From positions 1 to 10,655 of the forward strand of contig JBDGSM010000012.1 in assembly GCA_042217545.1 (NCBI GenBank): DNA of 10,655 nt. The letters run 5' to 3'. The notes under the pieces were generated by a model, which was given only the letters and a program-made list of their open reading frames with translations, was not told where the DNA came from and ran no database searches. The stretch is from Candidatus Nanohalobium sp. GTDB lineage: Archaea; Nanohalarchaeota; Nanosalinia; Nanosalinales; Nanosalinaceae. Position 1 is the first letter of the stretch. The number at the start of each line of letters is the position of its first letter. The translations under genes and the position numbers were made by a program. This document shows, one piece after another, positions 6,475 through 10,655 of this stretch.

Positions 6475-7860
6475 TTACAGTAGGGCTTGGAGGGCTATTT
6501 TCTCCAAGATCAGTACAGTACCTGTGAGTAAAGTCACTGCTGTGAAGTTGAAAGCCCCATATTTTATCAGGTCTGTTCTCTTAGGGATCTCAACTTCTCT
6601 TTCTCTCTTCCTGTTCTCTTTCCTCATCTCATTGAACCATATCAAACCTGCAAGAGCCCCCACTGGAGTTAGATACGTTCCGACGTTGAGGCCTGTCAAT
6701 GTGGACTGTAAGGTGATGATTCGAACTGATTCTGCCATCTCGAGTTTTGGGATGGTCTGCGCTATCAGTGCGGAGGCCGGGAGATCGTTGAAGGTGTTAA
6801 CCATTAGGCCTGAGAAAGCAGTCGAGTAGACCGGTGCCAGAAAGCTGTCAAGATTGGCCTGAAACAGGGGCACCAGTTTCTGGTTGAGTAAACCGGTTTT
6901 AGAGAACTGTTGTGCGAACGTGAAGAACGACATTCCGAAAAAGAAGATGCCGTAGGGAAGCTGCTTCAGAGGCCTCTTCACAGATTTGGTGTGTTTATCT
7001 GAAAGCTGCCAGTAAGTCAGCGAGATAATTATAGCCGGGATAGCGGAGTAAAGAAGTGAAATATCCATATACGTAGTGACCGCGACCGTAGCTACGAAGA
7101 AGGCGAATATCAATAACCAGTCCCTCATCTGCGCGGTAAAATCAGGTTCGGGGTTCTCTTCAGGTATATTATACGTCTCTTTGAACTCTAGGTCTCTGAA
7201 GAAAGGCAAACTGGTTTTAGAGGCCTTTATACTCAGGTAGAGTACCCCCAGTGATGCAAGGAATGAGGTTAGTGCAGGTAAAGCCATGATAAGCATGTAC
7301 TGGAAGAAGTCAAGGCCTACTGTTTCTGCAACTATGATATTTGTGGGGGATCCTATCATCAATCCCATCGAAAGAGTGTTTGCTGCTATGAACTGGCCGA
7401 GCAAAAGCAGTTTCCCGTTCTCGATCTCGGCTTCATGACATATCTCGATCATTATTGGAGTCAGTAGAAGGACCACGATATCGTTTGTCGTGAAGAAAGT
7501 GACTGCAGATGTAGCGACGAACATTGTAAGCAGAAGTCTTTTCGTATTTCCTTTGCTTTTCTCTACTCCTCTGTAGGCGATGAAGCGGAAGAACCCTGAT
7601 TTTCCAAGGCCTGCTGACATAACCCCGAAGGAGAAGATCAGAGCGATAACTCCTATACGTTCGATGAACGCTGTTCTGAGAGAGGCGAACTCCACCAGTG
7701 AGATTGCAAGGCCTGTTACGAGGGCGATCACCGGAACCCAGTACTCTCTGTCGATACCGTACTTCCTCCTCAACCTCTTCTCTATCGGCAGCCTGCGGTC
7801 CATAACCACTAGGAAGATAGAGAGGACCATCAGCAGGATAAGGTAGAGGCCTTGCTCCAT
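6475..7860 (-). CDS. ArsB/NhaD-type ion-transporter (IT) superfamily permease, ArsB-like
   Basis: About 11-13 hydrophobic segments. Motifs LGKSGFFRFIA, FFTTNDIVVLLLTP, IAANTLSMGLMIGSPTNII, NTFNDLPA and GLNVGTYLTPVGALAGLIW (compare ArsB NDGAALILTP and GPKITPIGSLATLLW). Substrate not determinable from sequence. Confidence 0.8.
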   Translation of the reverse strand: MEQGLYLILLMVLSIFLVVMDRRLPIEKRLRRKYGIDREYWVPVIALVTGLAISLVEFASLRTAFIERIGVIALIFSFGVMSAGLGKSGFFRFIAYRGVEKSKGNTKRLLLTMFVATSAVTFFTTNDIVVLLLTPIMIEICHEAEIENGKLLLLGQFIAANTLSMGLMIGSPTNIIVAETVGLDFFQYMLIMALPALTSFLASLGVLYLSIKASKTSLPFFRDLEFKETYNIPEENPEPDFTAQMRDWLLIFAFFVATVAVTTYMDISLLYSAIPAIIISLTYWQLSDKHTKSVKRPLKQLPYGIFFFGMSFFTFAQQFSKTGLLNQKLVPLFQANLDSFLAPVYSTAFSGLMVNTFNDLPASALIAQTIPKLEMAESVRIITLQSTLTGLNVGTYLTPVGALAGLIWFNEMRKENRKREREVEIPKRTDLIKYGAFNFTAVTLLTGTVLILEKIALQALL

Positions 7861-7885
7861 ACACAGATACTTTAGACCCCTGAGA

Positions 7886-7893
7886 ATTTAATT
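7886..7893 (-). promoter_or_regulatory. Probable TATA box for the permease gene (leaderless)
   Basis: Minus strand AATTAAAT, 26-33 nt upstream of ATG 7860; no SD visible. Confidence 0.4.
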
Positions 7894-7905
7894 GCAGTAG
7901 TAAAT

Positions 7906-7939
7906 AGAAGAAAAAGAAAAGGACCTCTTAGAGGCCTTT
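7906..7939 (-). terminator. Terminator of fttA: hairpin followed by U-rich tract
   Basis: Minus strand just after TAA: AAAGG-CCTC-TAA-GAGG-T-CCTTT (7939-7918; 9-bp stem with one bulge) running into TTTTCTTTTTCTTCT (7920-7906). Confidence 0.65.
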
Positions 7940-7943
7940 CTTC

Positions 7944-9821
7944 TTAGTTCAGTCTAATCGCGTCCAGGTTCTGTGGTGCTGATGTGTCGATGTTGAGGAC
8001 TTTGTGGAGGGTGGATGCTAGTGAGAAGCATTTGCTCTTCTCTCCGTGGTTGGTGAGGATCTTGTTCGGAGTGCTTCTCAGGTTCTTGGAGAAGTTGATG
8101 ATCTGCTGTCTGTCGCTGTGCGCGGAGAAACCTGAGACTGTGTAGGTGGATAGGTTGATCTCTGTTCTTTCTCCGTTGATCTCGACTGTGTCTGCTCCTT
8201 CCTGGATCTTTCTTCCCAGCGATCCCTCGAACTGGTAACCGACGAAGATCATGGTGTTTTTCTCTTCTTCGGCAAGGTGTTCCAGGTAGGAGAGCACCGG
8301 TCCGCCGGTGAGCGATCCTGAGGTCGTAAGGATGATGCCTGGTCCGGAGTCGTAGACTTCCTCTCTTTCTCTGTGGCTGCCGATCGTGTCTATGTTGTCC
8401 TGGAGGAAAGGACTGTTTTCCTCCTCGAAGACTTTTTTCTGGACCTTTTTCGACAGGAACTCGGGATAGGCTGTGTGTAGTGCGTTAACATCCCGGATCA
8501 TGCCGTCGATGTAGACCGGGTAGTCGAAGTAGTCACGGTCCATTTCGTCCGCGAGAAGGCCCAGTACTTCCTGGCTTCTTCCTACGGCGAAGACGGGTAC
8601 GATGACTTTTCCGCCTTTCTTCAGTGTCTGCTTCACTTTAGATAGGAATTTCTTGTTTGACTCGTCTCTCGGTGTCTGCTCATCGTCTCTTCCACCATAG
8701 GTGGATTCCGTGATCATTGTTTCGACACGCTGGAAGTTGGTGTCTGCCTCGCGCAGCATCTCCGTGGAGTCGTAGTTGTAGTCCCCGGTGTAGAGGATGT
8801 TGTGGAGACCTTCTCCAACGTGCAGGTGTACAAGAGAGGATCCGATGATGTGACCTGCGTTCTTCAGCGTTAAGCGCATGTCGGGCGTGATGTCGGTTAC
8901 TTCTCCGTAGTCCGGTGTGATAGTACGTTTTACTGCTTTCTTGATGGCCGATGAGTCGTACGGTGCGTCGCCTCCCTCTGAATGTGCCAATCCGATGTAA
9001 TCCAGAGTCAGCATGATCATCAGGTCTCTCGTAGGTTTTGTACAGTACAGTGGGCCATCGTATCCCATCTTGTAGAGGTACGGGATCATTCCGATGTGGT
9101 CCATGTGTGCGTGGCTTACGATGACTGCGTCGAGATCTCGCAGATCGAGTTCCGGTGCGTTCAGGTAGGGAAAGTTCTCCGGTGTCCCTGGTTCCGCCGA
9201 GGGATTGATACCTGCGTCCATTAGAACGTTGGATTCCTCTGTCTGTACGAGGAAGCAGCTTCTTCCGACCTGGCGGCAGCCTCCAAGGCCTGAAATCCTC
9301 ACCCATTCATCTCCAACTGATTTGTCCAGGCGGATCTTCTTCCCGACGTCATGCAGGAAGTCCTTCCTGAAATCCGGGTCCTCAACTGTCAGTTCTCTGG
9401 CCCTGTCCACTACCTTGGACTGGATCGCTGGAACACGTTCGACCTGTGGAGCCCAGAGAGTTTTCTCCCTGATCTCGTCAAGGCCTTCGCCCTTGTTCCC
9501 TATAACGTTTCCAGGCTTCTCTGTTCTTATTATCATTTTTCCTAGCGAAGGCTGCATGATGATCTCGCCTAGCCCTGCCTCTTCGCCTACAAGTTCTTTT
9601 ACAGTCTTCTTGGCCTTTTCAGGCTGTAGGAAAAGTTTTGATGAAGGCCTTACCTCCACTCGTTTCTTGAGGTCCGAAACTATTCTCTTCACTGTTTCAG
9701 AGTTGTTTAAGAAAAAGTCTTTGCTATCCGTATAGATGATTATATCTGATCCTTCGAATCTGATGTCGGATACAGATGCATCTGACGGTATGTACTTTTT
9801 GACGTCGTTCAATTCTTCCAT
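7944..9821 (-). CDS. fttA: Archaeal transcription termination factor FttA / aCPSF1 (2 KH domains + metallo-beta-lactamase/beta-CASP RNase)
   Basis: N-terminal KH region (FEGSDIIIYT; KPGNVIGNKG with GxxG). MBL/beta-CASP motifs LGGCRQVGRSC, LMDAG, SHAHMDH (HxHxDH), AGHIIGS, YTGDY, TESTYGG, PVFAVGRSQE, GFSAHSD and HGE. The C-terminus APQNLDAIRLN is typical of aCPSF1. It lies directly downstream of psmB, as in many archaea. Confidence 0.96.
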   Translation of the reverse strand: MEELNDVKKYIPSDASVSDIRFEGSDIIIYTDSKDFFLNNSETVKRIVSDLKKRVEVRPSSKLFLQPEKAKKTVKELVGEEAGLGEIIMQPSLGKMIIRTEKPGNVIGNKGEGLDEIREKTLWAPQVERVPAIQSKVVDRARELTVEDPDFRKDFLHDVGKKIRLDKSVGDEWVRISGLGGCRQVGRSCFLVQTEESNVLMDAGINPSAEPGTPENFPYLNAPELDLRDLDAVIVSHAHMDHIGMIPYLYKMGYDGPLYCTKPTRDLMIMLTLDYIGLAHSEGGDAPYDSSAIKKAVKRTITPDYGEVTDITPDMRLTLKNAGHIIGSSLVHLHVGEGLHNILYTGDYNYDSTEMLREADTNFQRVETMITESTYGGRDDEQTPRDESNKKFLSKVKQTLKKGGKVIVPVFAVGRSQEVLGLLADEMDRDYFDYPVYIDGMIRDVNALHTAYPEFLSKKVQKKVFEEENSPFLQDNIDTIGSHREREEVYDSGPGIILTTSGSLTGGPVLSYLEHLAEEEKNTMIFVGYQFEGSLGRKIQEGADTVEINGERTEINLSTYTVSGFSAHSDRQQIINFSKNLRSTPNKILTNHGEKSKCFSLASTLHKVLNIDTSAPQNLDAIRLN

Positions 9822-9883
9822 AATATCAATCCTTTGATTCGCTGTAAAGTATTGCGTTAAGATGCGATAATATGAGGAAAATT

Positions 9884-9902
9884 AAGGAGAAGAAAGAAGA
9901 AG
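9884..9902 (-). terminator. Pyrimidine/U-rich tract after psmB, possible leaky terminator
   Basis: Minus strand CTTCTTCTTTCTTCTCCTT starts 13 nt after the psmB stop and is followed by AATTTTCCTC. The longest T runs are only 3-4 nt. Confidence 0.35.
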
Positions 9903-9915
9903 TTAGTTGATCAGT

Positions 9916-10569
9916 TTATTTTAGAACTGATTCTACTTCTTTCTCCTCGAGTACGCTGTAGCCTTCCTCTGTGATCTCTGCGACCATGATTCCGTTTCCG
10001 GAAGCTGTGTCACGCTCCATGGCAGCCTGAACTGCTCTTGTCGCGATCTTTCTTCCTTCTTCATGGTCAAGCTCATCCTCGTAGTTGTCTTCAAGGACTC
10101 CGAACGCCATCTGGCTTCCGGATCCTGTCGCCGTGAATCCTTCGTCGTGAGGCATCAGGCCTCCCGCAGGATCAAGGCTGTAAAGTATTCCTTCCCCGTC
10201 TTCCTTCAGGCCTCCGAGGATGAACTGGTTCATGAACGGCATCATCTTGTTGCCGTGGAGGATGTTGGAAAGCAGTGTTCCCGCTCCCTTCACGGAAAGC
10301 TCTTTGGTTTCAAGCTTGTGAAGCCTTAACTGGCTCTTCATGATCCTCACGATCTTCTGCGCGTCTCCTACGCTTCCGGCGATCGTAAGGCCTAGATTAT
10401 CGTCAAGCTTGTAGATCTTCTTTGCGTGCTTGTTGCTGACCAGTCTACCACCTAACGCAGCACGTTTGTCAGCTGCCAGGATAACGCCTTCCTCCGTGGT
10501 AAGGCCTATCGTAGTGGTCCCGGTTTCAAACTCTTCCATATCCTTCTTCATCTGCATTTGTTCATTCAT
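9916..10569 (-). CDS. psmB: 20S proteasome beta subunit (Ntn-hydrolase) with a propeptide of up to 17 aa
   Basis: ETG|TTTIG processing site (catalytic Thr1 = residue 18), AADKR (Asp17), AKKI (catalytic Lys), TIAGSVGDAQ, YSLDPAGG, ATGSGS and RDTASG. SD-like GTGAT at 10579-10575, 5 nt before ATG 10569. Confidence 0.97.
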   Translation of the reverse strand: MNEQMQMKKDMEEFETGTTTIGLTTEEGVILAADKRAALGGRLVSNKHAKKIYKLDDNLGLTIAGSVGDAQKIVRIMKSQLRLHKLETKELSVKGAGTLLSNILHGNKMMPFMNQFILGGLKEDGEGILYSLDPAGGLMPHDEGFTATGSGSQMAFGVLEDNYEDELDHEEGRKIATRAVQAAMERDTASGNGIMVAEITEEGYSVLEEKEVESVLK

Positions 10570-10639
10570 GTAGTATCACGCTCTCAGAAACCCTTTGAGC
10601 AAAAATCAACAGCTTCTACCAAGTAAATGCCTCTTCAAC

Positions 10640-10647
10640 TTTAAATA
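10640..10647. promoter_or_regulatory. TATA box (TTTAAATA / TATTTAAA), serving psmB and/or a divergent gene beyond the window
   Basis: Near-symmetric TATA element about 70 nt upstream of the psmB ATG, consistent with a leadered psmB mRNA that has an SD. Direction cannot be resolved at the window edge. Confidence 0.4.
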
Positions 10648-10655
10648 GGTGACTT

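Larger units (their letters stand above)
43..10507. repeat. Dispersed, highly iterated 6-bp palindrome AGGCCT (39 copies across the window)
   Basis: Hand-counted starts: 43, 89, 133, 213, 359, 838, 997, 1022, 1355, 1615, 1847, 2184, 2379, 2415, 2664, 2823, 3422, 3697, 3935, 4660, 5193, 5989, 6392, 6689, 6806, 6970, 7221, 7313, 7607, 7709, 7847, 7932, 9286, 9481, 9645, 10157, 10208, 10388, 10502. Confidence 0.85.

Noticed and set aside
8680..9735. Overlapping ORFs inside fttA (8680-9306 minus, 8982-9224, 9205-9735 and 9351-9545 plus)
   Set aside because: Alternate-frame or antisense shadows of a highly conserved gene; no independent support.
9850..9869. Imperfect inverted repeat TATTGCGT-TAAG-ATGCGATA in the psmB-fttA spacer
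   Set aside because: It pairs only through G-U wobbles on the plus (antisense) strand and is too weak to call an RNA element or operator.
279..10569. A unified proteolysis cluster (FtsH-like + zincin + proteasome beta)
   Set aside because: psmB is explained by its conserved linkage to fttA, lies more than 7 kb away on the other strand, and YgjP-family proteins are not established proteases. The co-location is probably incidental.
1..10655. CRISPR array, tRNA/rRNA, IS element or integrase
   Set aside because: No regularly spaced repeats, RNA-gene-sized gaps, terminal inverted repeats or transposase/integrase motifs were seen. The AGGCCT copies are irregularly spaced and mostly inside codons.

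Overview
Gene-dense archaeal window (GC about 50% by eye). Acidic proteins, frequent AGA/AGG Arg codons and short spacers suggest a halophilic DPANN-type organism such as Nanohaloarchaeota; this taxonomy is inference. The right half is housekeeping on the minus strand: psmB (proteasome beta), fttA/aCPSF1 (KH + beta-CASP termination nuclease) and an ArsB/NhaD-type permease. The left half is accessory. It holds a partial small membrane protein gene, a soluble (TM-less) FtsH-like AAA+/M41 protease and a YgjP/DUF45-type zincin. It also holds an apparent two-gene operon: a PEP-synthase/PPDK-like ATP-grasp + phospho-His swivel protein with no acceptor domain, abutting an 858-aa hyper-acidic unknown protein with repeated winged-helix-like motifs. 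That operon is the best candidate for an undescribed system. At the DNA level, the palindrome AGGCCT occurs 39 times by hand count (about 2.6 expected), and there is a strong local G/T strand skew at the left end. All calls come from motif recognition and manual counts; no searches were run.
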